Source of the DNA: the human T2T-CHM13v2.0 reference genome, Homo sapiens
Strand: one strand, 5' to 3'
Assembly (NCBI RefSeq): GCF_009914755.1
Contig: NC_060929.1
Length of the DNA: 64,000 nucleotides
Positions 1 through 13,399 of the stretch are shown here, piece after piece. A program made the position numbers and the translations under genes. Position 1 is the first letter of the stretch. Each line of letters starts with the position of its first letter. The notes under the pieces were generated by a model. It saw nothing but the letters and a program-made list of their open reading frames with translations. It made no database searches and was not told the DNA's origin.

Positions 1-2176
1 TAGAATACAATTAGAAATTAAAAATCAGAGATGAATTTTAAAATTTCATAAATATGTGGAAATTGAACAACATACTCCTAAATAACCAATCAGTCAATGA
101 AAAAAATCACAAGCATTAATAGGAAATACATTGAGTAAATTAAAGTGAAGATACAATACACCAAAACTTATGGGATGTGGTTAAAAAGTAGTTACGGGGA
201 AACTTATACCTGTAAACACTTATATTGAAAAAGAACTATATCAAATCAATTACCTAATTATCTACCTTAAGACACTGAAGAAAGAAGAACAAATACACCT
301 AAAACAAATAGAAGGAATTAAATAATAATGATTAGAGTGGAAATTAATGAAATTACAAATATACAAGCAATAGAGGAAATCAACAAAATATGTTCTTTAA
401 AAATCAACAAAATTGACAAAGCTTTAGCTAGATTGACCAAGAAAAACAGAAGAATACTCACATTGCTAAAATCAGAAATGAAAGAGGTGACCTTATTACC
501 AATTTGCAGAAATAAAAAAGATTATGAGAGAATACTATGAGCAACTGTATGTTGGTAAATTCAATAATGTAAATGAAATGAACAAATTCCTAAAAAAAAA
601 ACCAACTACCCAAATTGACTTGAGAAGAAATAGATGATCTGAATAGATCTGAATAGATAAAAATAGAGATTAAATTAGTAATTAAAAAAAAACTGCCAAC
701 AAAGGAAATCTAGGCTCAGATAGCTTCATTAGTGAATTCTACCAAATATTTAAGGAATAATTATTAGTGATTATTCATAAACTTTGTCAAAAAATAGAAG
801 AGAATACTTCCTAAATCATCCTATGAGCCAGTATTACACTGATACCAAAATCAAAGATATTACAAAAAAAGAAATCCACAGACCAATATATTTTATAAAT
901 ACAGGCACAAAAATCCTGAAAAAGAAATACTAGCAAACTGAATTCAGCAACATATAAAAACTCCTACCATGGCCAAGTGGGATTTATCATAGGAATACAA
1001 GGTTGGTTTGTTATCTGATAATTAGTTAGTTTAATGCACCATATCAATAGAATAAAAGGCAAAAAAAAAAAAAAAACACATGATCATCTCAATAGAGGCA
1101 GAGAAACATTTGATAGAATCCAACATCACTTCATGATAAAAAATTCAATAAATTAGGAATAGAAGGACACTTCCTCATTCTGCTAAAGGTCATTTATGAA
1201 AGAAAATATATAGCTAATATTATGCTTATTTGCAGATGATACAACCTTGTATACAGAAAATCCTGAAGAATACACACACAAAAACTAGTGCTAAAAAGCA
1301 AGTTTTGGAAGGATGCAGGCTAGATCAATATATGAAATCAATTGTATTTATATGTTTGCAATCCAAAAATAAAATTAAAAACCAATTTTATTTACAATAG
1401 TATCAAATGGAATAAAATATGTAGGAATACACTTAACAAAAGAAATGCAATACTTGTGCAACTGAAAACGTCAAATCATTGTTGAAATAAATTTAAAAAT
1501 ATCTAAGTAAATGAAAAGACATGCCATGACCATGAATTGGAAGAGAATGCTATTAAGATGGCAATACTCTCTACATTGTTGTACAGATTAAATGCAACCC
1601 CTCCCAAAACCCCAGCTCACTTTTTTGCAGAATTTGACTAGCTGATTTTAAAATTAATATGAAAATGGAAGAGACCCAAAACGGCCAACATGATCTTGGA
1701 AAAGAACAAAGTTGGAGGATTCACACTTCTTTATTTCAAAACTTACTACAAAGCAAATATAAGCAAGACAGTGTCATACCAGCATAAGAATACATGTAAA
1801 GGTCAATGGAATAGAACAGCGAATCCAGAAATAAATTCTCGCATTTGTGGACAATTGACTTTAGACCAGCATGCCAAGATCATTGAACATAGAATGTAAA
1901 ATCGGCAAAGAATCTGACTAGACATTTCTGCAAAGAATATATAAAAATGGCCCACAAATACATTAAAAGATACTCAACATCATTATTCTTCAGGATAATG
2001 AAAATCAAACTCCAATGCGATGCTACTTGACACACATTAGAATGGCTACAATCAAAACGACAGATAATACCAAGTGCTGGTAAAAATATGGAGAAATTGC
2101 AACCTTCATACACTGCTGGTGGGATTTTAAAGTGGTGTAGCCATTTTAGAAAACAGTCTGCCAGTCCTTAAAATGT
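1..2176 (+). mobile_element. Old L1 (L1MB-like) degenerate ORF2, left part; interrupted by the MRPL39 retrocopy
   Basis: ORF2-like remnants (KINKIDKALARL, tttgcagatgat = FADD, LEKNKVGGFTL..FKTYYKA) with many stops and internal deletions near 1220 and 1890. Confidence 0.85.
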
Positions 2177-2664
2177 TTTTTAAATATTAAAAACATTTAA
2201 CTTACTATACATATTTAAATTTTGGAAAGTTATTAGGCAGATGCACTTTGCTTTATCAGTTTAGTTTGATCTTCAGTTACCATTTTATGAGATCTTTCCA
2301 ATAGCTTATCCCATATCGTAAAACGTGCTCTTAAGTGAATGGGTAAAGACAGACCCTGGAATCTTCATATAAGACTTGGCTGGTTAGGTTGAAGATTGTG
2401 AACTGCTGACACTTCATACTGGAAGCAAATACTTGTTCTTGGAATCAGAGGGCCCTCACTCACATCAATGAAATTACCTATTCTGTGTAGCTTGACTATT
2501 CTCTCAGGGTTCTGAGATGCCTTCTTTTCTGTGAAATCTGTTTTGTACTTGTGTTGAAATATTTCCAATGCCACTTTTGCTTCAGCATCCAGAGTTTGAA
2601 ATGAAAGATCTTTATAAATTAAAGCATGAACGTCCTTTGTGAAGGAACGTAGGTTCTCTTTTGC
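2177..2664 (-). pseudogene. MRPL39: 5'-truncated processed pseudogene of mitochondrial ribosomal protein L39
   Basis: Minus-strand translation [40 protein letters not shown]...[78 protein letters not shown] matches the MRPL39 C-terminus; intronless, in-frame stop at 2365-2367, terminal stop 2233-2235, inserted within an L1. Confidence 0.92.
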
Positions 2665-2666
2665 TC

Positions 2667-3228
2667 AATGTAGAGAGTTACCATTTGACACAAGAATTCC
2701 ACTCCTAGGTATACACCCAAGAGAATGAAAAATATAAGTTTACATAAAAATTTGTGCATTAATATTCATAGCAGCGTTATTCATAAGTGCTCAGAGATGT
2801 AAGCAACCCAAATATCCATCAACCAATAAATGGATAAATAAAATGTATATTCGTACAAATGAATATTATTATGCAGTTAAAAGAAACGAAGTGCTGATGC
2901 ATGCCACAATGTGAATAAACCTTAGAAACATTATGCTAAGTGAAAAAAGGCAGACACAAAACCAAAAATTTTCTGATTCCATTTATATGGAATATCCATA
3001 AGAAGTAAAGCTATAGAGACAGAAGTAGATTAGGGGTTTCCCCGAAAGGGAGGAGAAGATTGAGGAGTGATGGCTTAGATGGTTTGTGTGTTTTGGGGGG
3101 GTAATAAAAATGTTCTAAAATTTATTGATTGCACAATTCCGAATATACTAAAATCATTACATTTTATACTTTGGGTAAATTTTATGGTATGTGGATCATA
3201 CCTCTGTATATCACCATTACAAAAAAGT
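2667..3228 (+). mobile_element. Old L1 (L1MB-like) ORF2 end and 3'UTR, right part
   Basis: Resumes the L1 sequence (gagttaccat..aattccactcctaggtata) where it broke at about 2176; L1MB-type 3'UTR. Confidence 0.8.
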
Positions 3229-3644
3229 AAATAACAAACCTCACATATATCCATCTACTCAAAATTCTGGATGTCTATCTTAGAGAAACATTTACATATT
3301 TTCACCGTAAGTTTCATACAAAGAGATTCACTTTTTGTGATTTAAAAAATAAAAACAACCCTTCAATAGGGAGTGTGAATAATGTGTGGCAAATCTGTAC
3401 CATGAAATACTCCACTTTTATTATAGAATATAAGAGACCTTTCTCTATTAACTCAGATAAATCTTCCACATTGTTAAGAGCAAGTTGTCAAAAAAACGTG
3501 TAAAGTATGATCCCATTTATGAAAAAAACTACGTCTTCATATACCTGCATATATAAATGAAAAAATGACTGATGAATGTATATCAAACTATTAACAGTAG
3601 TTTGTTCTGAAGTAAGAACGTTGGTAGGTTGATAAGAAGTATAG

Positions 3645-3999
<355 letters not shown>

Positions 4000-4264
4000 T
4001 ATTGTTTGCATCTTTTCAACAAGAAAGTATTTATGTGTTACCAGTACAAAATAAAAACAAAAAGAAAACAAAATACGATGAATGTTAACACATGGACCAA
4101 GTTCCAAGGCAGTTCATACCATCAAATTGTGGTAATGAACTTGTGAGCTAAATGAACAATAGTATTGGTGCAGGATTAATATGTTCTTCACTACCCTGTT
4201 AGAGCAGAATTTTATTTTACGGTAGAAGAGAGATGAGATGCTTTGACAAATGTTCTGTCTGGTA

Positions 4265-4652
4265 CATGTTCAGGGCTTTGTATTTGTTATTTCTTCTGCC
4301 TGGAATGCTCTTCCTGCAAATATCCACATCCAACTCTGCCCCCTCCTTTAGATATTTACCCAAATATTTTCTTCTCAGCCAAGTCCTGCCTGCCCACCCT
4401 GCCAAACTTCAATGTTCATTCCCCTCTTACTCCTCATGACCCTTCCTGCTTAATTTTTCTCCATAACATTTTCAGCCATCTGACATTCTACTGAATCCAC
4501 TTATTTACTTGTCTAATATCCATCTCTTCTTAGTACAAGTGAAGTCTATGAAGGTAGAAACATTTGTCAAGTGTTTCAGAGCTGTAACCCTGGAGCTAGA
4601 GTGAAAGCTAGCACATAATATGTGCTCAATGAATCTTTGCTGAATGAATGAA
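4265..4652 (+). mobile_element. L2 3' fragment
   Basis: tctgcctggaatgctcttcc core and terminal gtgctcaatgaat..tgaatgaatgaa. Confidence 0.75.
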
Positions 4653-4957
4653 AAAATAATTTAATAATAGCATTTGAATCAAGAGCTATTGACATAGGTA
4701 GGATAAGAAAAGGATTGTATCTCTGAATTCTCATCATCAAATCTCTTCCACCGAGCGAAGAATTTAAAAACTAGACACAGATGGCCTCAGGAAGATTTTC
4801 AGATTTTCTTTTATTGACCAAGACCTTTTGCCCCCATTCACCCACCATTCATCATCTAGATGCACAAAGAGGAGAAACATGAGGACAGAAATGCCATTTT
4901 CCTTTCTCTCTTCTTCTTGTCAAGCTGAACTAATCACAGAATCACAAAGAAATCTGA

Positions 4958-5437
4958 AATTTTTGTATTTAAAATTAGCCATCTGAGTGTTCTTTCGATG
5001 ATCCCAATTTTGTTGGCAACATCCAAAGCATCATAGTCATGCCTTTTTTTGTTCATCAGGCCTGATCAGTGTGTTGATCTTGGCCATGTTAGTGTCATGA
5101 AGCTTCTTCACAGCCTTTGGAACTGGTGCATGTTGGTTTTGACATCTAAAATGAACACATATGTATTGTCTTCCCTATTCTTGTCTGATTCAAGTGGAAC
5201 ATGATGGCAGAGTGATCAAGCTTGCTTCTCCTGGTGGTACTTTTCTAAGGACATTTTGCTGCCTTAAAAGCTGCAGAGTCTTGGGCCACCAGAAGTGGAG
5301 TAGTGTGAGGATCTTTTGAGTATGGTTGTGGATACTTTTCTGCACTGCCTTTTTGGCCTTCAAAGACTTTGCTTTATCTTGACTTTGGGAGGAGCAGAGG
5401 TTTCCTTGTTAACTTTCAGGGCCATCTTGGTGAGAAG
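4958..5437 (-). pseudogene. RPL23A: Decayed processed pseudogene of ribosomal protein L23a
   Basis: Reverse complement follows RPL23A mRNA from caccaagATGgcc (ATG 5425-5423) through aaggccaaaaaggcagtg and aagcttgatcac to gatgctttggatgttgccaacaaaattgggatcatc (DALDVANKIGII); many indels, no introns. Confidence 0.9.
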
Positions 5438-5819
5438 TTACATTTTTAAATTTAGTTCTTCATCCACAACAGGACTATTAGGATTTATTATGCAGAACCA
5501 GTTTTAGAAGACCAAACACAGAGAAGAAAGAGGTAGTTAAAGCGAATTAACAGCAAAACCACCTAAAGGAAGAGTGCGCGTGGGTGAGATGTGAAGCATT
5601 TATTCATCAAGAGTTAGAAAAACTGATTTCTTCCTCCAAAGAGCAACAGCAATTTCATAACAACAGAAAAGAACATAGAGTCATAAAACTACAAAACACT
5701 ACCATTTAGTCTTATATTTTTTCTTTGTCTTCTCAAATGCACTAATTTAGGTATTCCAAAATGGGTGAAAGATACATCTCTTTGTCACTGTTTAAAACTC
5801 CACAAAGAGACTCTGAAAT

Positions 5820-6089
5820 CCAAACACTGCATGTTCTCACTCATAAGTGGAAGATGAACAGTGAGAACACATGGTCACAGGGAGGGGAACATCACACACT
5901 GGGTCCTGTCGGGGGTTGGGGGGCTAGGGGAGGGAGAGCATTCGGACAAATACCTAATCCAGGTGGGGCTTAAAACCTAGATGATGGGTTCATAGGTGCA
6001 GCAAACCACCAGGGCATATGTATACCTATGTAACAAACCTGTACGTTCTGCCCGTGTATCTCAGAGTTTAAATTAAAATAAATAAAAAA
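5820..6089 (+). mobile_element. L1PA (about PA8-PA11) 3' end
   Basis: catgttctcactcataagtgg...ggggcttaaaacctagatgatggg...gtaacaaacctg plus A-rich tail. Confidence 0.85.
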
Positions 6090-7638
6090 TTTTCAAAAAA
6101 TTTATAGTTTAGTGGCCTAAACTCTTTAAATCTGATTTACGTCTCTCTTGTTTCAATTTAAATTCAATGCCTCTTCTATAGTTCTTGGAGTAAAGAGAGA
6201 GACTGCCCTTCTTGGGAAAACAGATTCCTCTGCCCAAGCAGATCTACAACTGGTTAGGGTATGGCTGCACATAGTGTGCTTTATACTGCAGTGCAAAACA
6301 TTGCGTTCCGTAAACATTTCTAAGAACTATTATAAAGTATTAAGGCTGCTCTGCCAATCAGATTCTAAGTGAGCTGAACACTCCTTACCCTCTCATAACA
6401 GAGTACATGTTGCCTGCAGCTCTGGCTGTTAAAAGGACAGAGCAATGTTCCTAAACAGATTGGGTGGTGAGCAGAGGTCCCATGATTCACCCCTAAATTA
6501 GTTTTAACTGACAGGTTTTGGAAGTGAGGCTGGCTAGGGTCTGGCTGCGTGGATACCACGTGCTGCTCTGTCCAGTCCGAATTGCTCAGAAGGAATCTTG
6601 AGCTGTGTGATTGGGTAGGGTGGGGGTGGGCAGCTCAAGAATGTGGGGTTAAAAATAGGAGCAATGATTTCCAAAGTCCTTGGCCAGCTGTGTGGAACCT
6701 AGTGTCTCATTCAGTACATGTTCCTTGAAGGCAAACTACCAGATCAAGTTTGGAGAGATTGTTGTTTGAGCTGGTTTGTCCTTTGGGTTTTGTACAACTT
6801 TGAAAAGAACAAACAAGAAATTGGTGTTTCTCTTTCATACTCAGTCTCATTCCATTCTCTATTTTATTGGATTCCACTGTGTCAGCTGAATAGAAGAAAT
6901 ATACAGCCCTTGTCTCATATTTCCATAAGCACATATTTTACTCATACTACAAAGTAGTAATTATTCTCATAAAATAATGATGTAATATTAATAAAGATGA
7001 AATTTTGTGATTGACACCAACAATGGCAAGATAAAGATTATTTATTATTGCTATTATTGAAGTGTTTCGTATTGTACTCTTTGTCCAAGGCTTCATAGAT
7101 AATTAAAATTCATGGACTGCACAAGTGTCTCATGAAATGTGTTAGATTGTTTTCTGATATGCAAAAATGTCCTGACATGGTTTGTAAATGCGTACTGCAC
7201 ATCTCCAGCCAATTACCATACAAAATGCAACTATTTCTTTTTGTCTATCACTGAAGCCTGAACAGACAGCATTAGACTCAACTGCATAATTCTGGCCTAA
7301 TTTTCGTGTCTGATACTGTAGTGATGTTGTGAGGCATTGACTTAACAACAGGAGTAAATGTTCTTTTTGAATACATATTTTTTTCTTCAGCCTCTTTGGA
7401 AATATGCCTACATGAAGAAGCACTCCTTCGGCCTCTTCAGAAAAATGAGCATGTGTTTACACCCCTTTTGCCCCCACCCTTTGTTTTCTCTTCCTAATTT
7501 GTGATGATTTTGATGGGATGAGGGTTTGTGCTGGCAAAATTCCAAAGGGTGGACAAATTGGGCTGTACTTTCATTAATGCAAAACTGAAAATATTGCTAA
7601 ATTATTGTGGCTAATATAATTTGTGTCTGCTCAGGCTT

Positions 7639-8099
7639 TGTATTAGTTTGCTAGGGCTAGTATAAGAACCACAAACTGGGTGGCTTAAACAACAGAAACT
7701 TATTGTGTCACAGTTCTGGAGACTGGAAACCCAAAATCAAGATGTCAGTGGGATTGGTTCCTGCTGAGGGCTGTGCAGGAAAATCTGTTCCAAACCTCTC
7801 TCCTGGCAGTTTGCTGGCAATATTTAATGTTCCTCGGCTTTTACATCTCTGCCCTCTCTCTTCATATGACATTTCTCTGTGTGTGTATCTATGTCCACAT
7901 TTTGCTTTTTCAGAAGGACACCAGTCATACTGGATTAGGGACCCATCTTACTCCAGTATCTTAATTAATTACATCTCTTAATTAATTACATCTGCAATGA
8001 CTCTATTTCCCATTCTGAGGTACTTGGTCCCATTATGGGATACTTGGGATTAGGATTTCAACATAAGAATTTTGGAAGGACACAATTTAACCCATAACA
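7639..8099 (-). mobile_element. MLT1C-like MaLR solo LTR
   Basis: tgtattagtttgctagggct..ggtggcttaaacaacagaaa...cccataaca; TG..CA ends; 5-bp TSD ggctt/agctt. Confidence 0.85.
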
Positions 8100-9319
8100 A
8101 GCTTCAAATAAATAATAGACTCTGTAATTCAATGAACATATATTGAATTGTAGGTTCAAAAATAATGAAATAGAGAAACTGATTTTTAAGATTAACATGA
8201 TATTTGCTTTTCAACTCCCCCAGAGGAGTTAAAAGTGGCTCCCCCAGAAGGACTCTTATATCTTGATTTGCCAAGCAGTAGGAAGAAGAGTTATAACTAA
8301 TGGAGTGAGCCTCGCTGTTGGCAGAACTTTAGTCCAGCCTTTCCTAGTTCAAGATATAAAAAAGACTTTTTATATAGTGAAGTTTTCAGTGACTTCTATC
8401 ACTTCTTCCTTCACTGCTTCAATTGATTCTGGTAAATATACAAGAGCATGTGCTTACTTAGAGGGGCACAGCATTTATTGGGGTTTGACCTGGCTCAATC
8501 ACAAAGTATATAAAATGAGCCAAGGACCTTTTGAGGTTGAATTCAAAATCCAGTGCTTGTCATCTTCTAGACCCTAAAAAATACTGTAACAGAGTAGTGG
8601 GTTGGTTAGTAAGTGTCCCATCGAAAGGCATGGCTGACCAGAGCCTTATTAGTTATTATAAGATATATAGACTAAAGAATCCAGAAATTAGGACTAGAAC
8701 TGCTGAAGAGAAGGTAGGAAAGGAAATGTATGTATTTGAGATACAGGAGAGAGGTTCAGTATAGCAGGCAGAATATAGTATCTGAAAAGGCCTGGCAACA
8801 GATAGCAGGTGGCATGCCAGGATAGCACTGGGGGGCCCAACTTGAAGACACAAGGGTCTGTGGTAGAGCTTGGCCCTGGGAATCGGGAGCAGATGGTGAT
8901 CAGAAACACAGGCAAGCAGTTGGGATCTGAGAAGTCAGAGCCAAGCCTCAATGTTTCTTAGAATTTTGCTCTCAAATATGGTATAAACCCTCCTTGACAC
9001 TTTTCAGTTCTTAATATGTTGGAGGCATTGATCTTTCTCTGCTAGAGTCTTATCACTGTGACATTGCTCTAATTCTTCTCAATTTTCCTGCCTCCTAACT
9101 ATTTCTTTACTAAATCCATTCACTTTGTGTTTCAGGGAAAGAACGGTGATCTTAACGAAGGCAGATTCAGTAGTGTGGTGGGGTTATAGATGTGAACTGG
9201 ACTTGGTTGAGGAGAGATTGGAAGATAAGAACAGGAGAGTCTTACCATGATGGGAAGCAGCCTACCTGCACCCACTCTTGAAGTCATGTCATCTTGCTCC
9301 TTCTCTTCCAATGTCATCC

Positions 9320-10570
9320 ATACTTTGATGACTCCTCAATTTGTATCTTCAAGCCTGACTTCTCTGCTGGACTACAGACTCCTATTTCCAGCTTGCTGGA
9401 GCTCTCTACTTGTACGTCTCTAACAGAGTCAACACTCTGCAAAAAAGCCAGAGGGATTTTCTGAAAATGTGAAGTAGAGCATGCCATGTTTTACTTAAAG
9501 CCCTCCCATGACTTTCTAAAATGCTTAGAATAAAATCCAAATTCCCTATTATGACCTCCAAGACCCCCAGTAATCTTCCTCCCTAATCTCACTTCTATGA
9601 CTTTATAGTTGTTTCACTATTCTCCAGCCAGTCACACTACTAGTCTTCCATTTGTTTATTGAGCAAGCCTCATGTGCTTCTCTGATTGCAAACTTGCAGT
9701 TCATTCTACCTGGAGCAATCACCCACCAGATACTCACTTGGCTTCCTTCTTCTCATCATCCATGTCCAAGCCAATAGGTTACCTGGTCTTTAGAGTGGCC
9801 TTTCCCAAAGAGATAATCTGAAGTAGCAAAGTAGCATCCATCCACCCAGCCAGTCACTCTGTCACATTAAACTGGTTAATTTGTTTCACACTGCATATTG
9901 CTATCTGAAATTTATCTTGCCTATTTCTTACAACTATGTTGCCTGTTTCTGCCCCCAACTTCCCTTCTCCAAATTCAGAGAGGAATAGAGACCATGGGTT
10001 CGATTTTTTGCTACACATGGCTTTTCCAGTAATCAAAGTAGCATCAGTACATAGTAGGGACTTGATAGACGTTTATTGAAAAAGTGAGCAAAAATAGGTC
10101 CAAAATTCAACCTACTGCGCTGGTGCAAGCCACCACCTTTTCTTGGGTCAATTACTGAAATAACATCCTAGTTGGTTTTCATTCTGCTTTTGTCTCCTTC
10201 GGTCTATTCTCAACACAGCTCTCAGAGTGAACTCTTTAAAAAGGAAGTCATTAAAAAAGTAATCACTCTTGTGCCTAAAATCCTCCAATGACTTCTTATC
10301 TCAGTGTGAGAGCTGGAGTCCTCATATCCCAATCTTTTGCTCCCTCTCTGACTTCACCTATTATTTTCTCTCTTCCTCATTATACTCCATCTACACCGAC
10401 CTCTTCAGTGTTCCCTGAGGACACCAAGAAGCTCAGGGTCCAGGAATGTTGCACTTGCTGTTCCCTCTGAGTGGAATGCTCTTCTCTCAGATATCCATAT
10501 AGCTGGCTCCTTCACTTCCTTCAAATCTTGACTAAAATATCACTTTACCAGCAAGAACTTTAAAGGCCAC
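9320..10570 (+). mobile_element. Two L2 fragments
   Basis: L2-type motifs gatgactcc..aatttgtatc, gccagagggatttt, agaataaaatccaaa, a 3' terminus near 10085 and a second fragment at about 10110-10570. Confidence 0.65.
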
Positions 10571-10599
10571 CATAATATAAATATTCAACGTAAGTTCCA

Positions 10600-11300
10600 A
10601 TCTTAATGAAAATAAAAAATATCAGTAAAGGGCCAAACATTTAGCTCAATATGATTTTCATCAAAAATCTTGATATCATTTATTCAGCATTAATAATTAT
10701 GCTATTTCAGGCCTGGAGTAATTAGTTGTCTATTAAGATATTGACTATATTCTGAGATACATCTCTTGTGAAAAACCCTTAAAAGCATTAATCTGGTCTT
10801 TATTGATATTATCAGGGTCAGAGAGAAATGATTTTCCCTTTCCTCATTTGAAATCCTCTTATGACAACTTATCAATGAAAAAGGAGCAAGATATTTAATA
10901 ATTATTGCCAATTTACTTGCTCATTGGATCAAAAAGATGTGGGCTTATTGGCTAGAACTTGATAAAATTTGTTTCTTTCTCATTTCATTCAATATTAGAT
11001 CAAGATCAGGAAATATTCTGCCAACTGTTTTCTTTGCAAACAATAAGGTTCTAGCACTCAAGTACTTTATGTTCCTTTAATGTCCACAACAGCATATGTA
11101 GATGATCTCCTTTGATCCTGATCCCAATATGCCTACTGCATGATTTCACTATTTGTTTAACTCTAGAAAAATGGTTTTGTTTTTCTTACTAGTAAAATGT
11201 TTTCTTCCTATAGCATGGCTTTCCAATATTAACATAATAAAAATATGTTGCTTACTTCTTCATATGTATTCTACACATGCTGAGAAACTACTTAAATGTA
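10600..11300 (-). mobile_element. Fossil hAT (Charlie-like) transposase fragment
   Basis: Degenerate minus-strand reading CLQR.QLA...PDLDLILNEMRK.TNFIKF*PIS resembles the hAT HC..HRE.LA...VNFIKSRPLN region; recognised by eye only. Confidence 0.45.
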
Positions 11301-12689
11301 TACATCAGTGGTTTCAGCCAAATGTGAAGCAAAATGTATGCTATCAGCTATACAAGCTCCTACCTATTTTATGTAGTGATACTATTAGTACATTATTATC
11401 AATGTTTTAGTTTCTGAAATTAGAACTGACTGTATATTCCCTGGAATCATAAGAGGTTTATGGATCACACTTGAAGAAATACTGCTACATTGATGGGAGC
11501 CAATAAAGCTGTTTTAAAAATTATGTTTAAAATATATTTAAAGGAAAGTGAGTAAGGCAGATGAGGAAACAGGCAGAGAAATGGTGGGATGAAGGAAATG
11601 GATGTTCATTTATATCTACTCACCCTTCCAGTAGACTTCACCAAGGCAGGAAGTCGCATTGGGAGCAACTGGAGTCCTACTACCAGGTGATCCCATTTCT
11701 CCCATGCTGTACCTCCAAAAGGACATAAAAGATTGAGTGCTCTCAGTTCTCAGTGCTCTCAGCTCAGCAGCTCCAATCTTTTCTTGTCTGGGTTTCTCTG
11801 AGAACACAATGCATTCTTCTTCTTTTCTGTCTGTCAGTCTCCAACAAGGAAACTCTTGAGCAGTGTTTTGCACATTGGAATGGGAACAGTTTAAGCAGAG
11901 TAGAAAGCCCCACTAGCTTCTATCCATGGTTGGCCATCATCATTTCATAGCCTAGTGCAGAGCATAATGTTCACCATGAGGACTCCACACAGAACTTCAC
12001 TCTTAAAGTGCTTTCACATTCATTGTTTTCTTAGGTGTGGCTAAGCTGCCCAGCCCAAGGAAATTTTTCTCCAGCACTGGCAAGAGGTTTATTGAAGGTA
12101 CAATTCAGTCATAATACCTCCTCCCATTGAGGCAAAACATTTATACAGTTGATAAACTCTACAATTCAGAAAGATAATGAAAGTCTTCAACCATCTTATT
12201 CTGTTTCTGAAACTTAGGTTTTGCTGAAAGAAAGGCACAGAAATTTCTAAGAAATGGATCAGGGTGAAAATGGAGTTCAGGTCATTAAGAAAGGAAGAAA
12301 CGGGTCTCTCAAAATATGGGAGCAGCTCAGAAATATTTGCCTTATTCAAGAAATAAAATTTGCTAACATGGGTGGCAAGTATCAGAGCCTACTAAGAATG
12401 CAAGTTCCTGCAGTTCAGACATGTAGCTTAACAGATATGTAATCTATGGTGCAAGCAGCTAAAATCTTTAATCATATTGATGGAATCTTTGGGATTTCAA
12501 TGCACTTGAGAACATGAAGTAATTCTCAAGGACAGCTGCATTCATGTGCCAGATATCAGAACCAGGAAGTAGGTTAGATTCTTCTTTTTCTGTAAGTATC
12601 ATAGTGATGGTCAGGAGCTGCTCCTCCCTTTTTTTTCATCTCTTTTTTACTCTCTTTCTCCCATCCCATACCCTCTCCTCTCTCTCTCT

Positions 12690-12810
12690 CCAGAGTTATT
12701 TGGCCCCTACCATGAGCCAAGCCTGGTACGCCACTCTAGAAATTCTGAGATGAATGTAGCACTTTGCCTGCCTTCCAGATGCTCATACACTAATGAAGAG
12801 GCAGACATCT
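12690..12810 (-). mobile_element. L2 3' fragment
   Basis: ttatttggcccctaccatgagccaagcc...ctgccttccagatgctcatacactaatg..ggcagaca. Confidence 0.55.
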
Positions 12811-13399
12811 GGTTCATGCTCTACCAACTCAGGGCATCTCCGCTTGTCAATATCTCCCATTATGTCTCATTAATACACTGCCACTTCCTTAAAGGGGATT
12901 TAAATAGCTGTGTAATTCCATCCTGTCTCACATTCCCAGGGCAAAAATGCAACAAATTAAAATTAGAGTATGATGGAATTACTGAACATAGAATACACTT
13001 CATTAATGTATTCTATATGTTAATTAGAGCCCTAAATTGGGGTGTGATTTCTACATATTTATAAGAACTTTTGACATGAGTGCTTGTGCAGTGATTCAAG
13101 CCACTAACAGAAATATTAAACGTAGGAAAACACTTCCTAAAAGATATGCAGTAGGAAACACCAAGCCCTGCTCTGTGATCATTACAACTGACCTTATGCT
13201 ACTCTTCCTTTGTGTCATTAGGTGGACTAAATAATAATGTAACTTCAAATCTGGCATACAATTATCATCAAACTCTTCAAACTTTGAGACATTTAAAGAA
13301 ACAAATTCAGGTCTTCTTGTTCATTAAATAGTGTGAATTTACCTGAACCCCATCTTTCCTCATAAGCACATAATATATAACATTATTTTAATATGTGTA

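Noticed and set aside
2365-2574. Functional MRPL39 exon or gene
   Set aside because: Intronless, 5'-truncated, has an in-frame stop and is embedded in an L1
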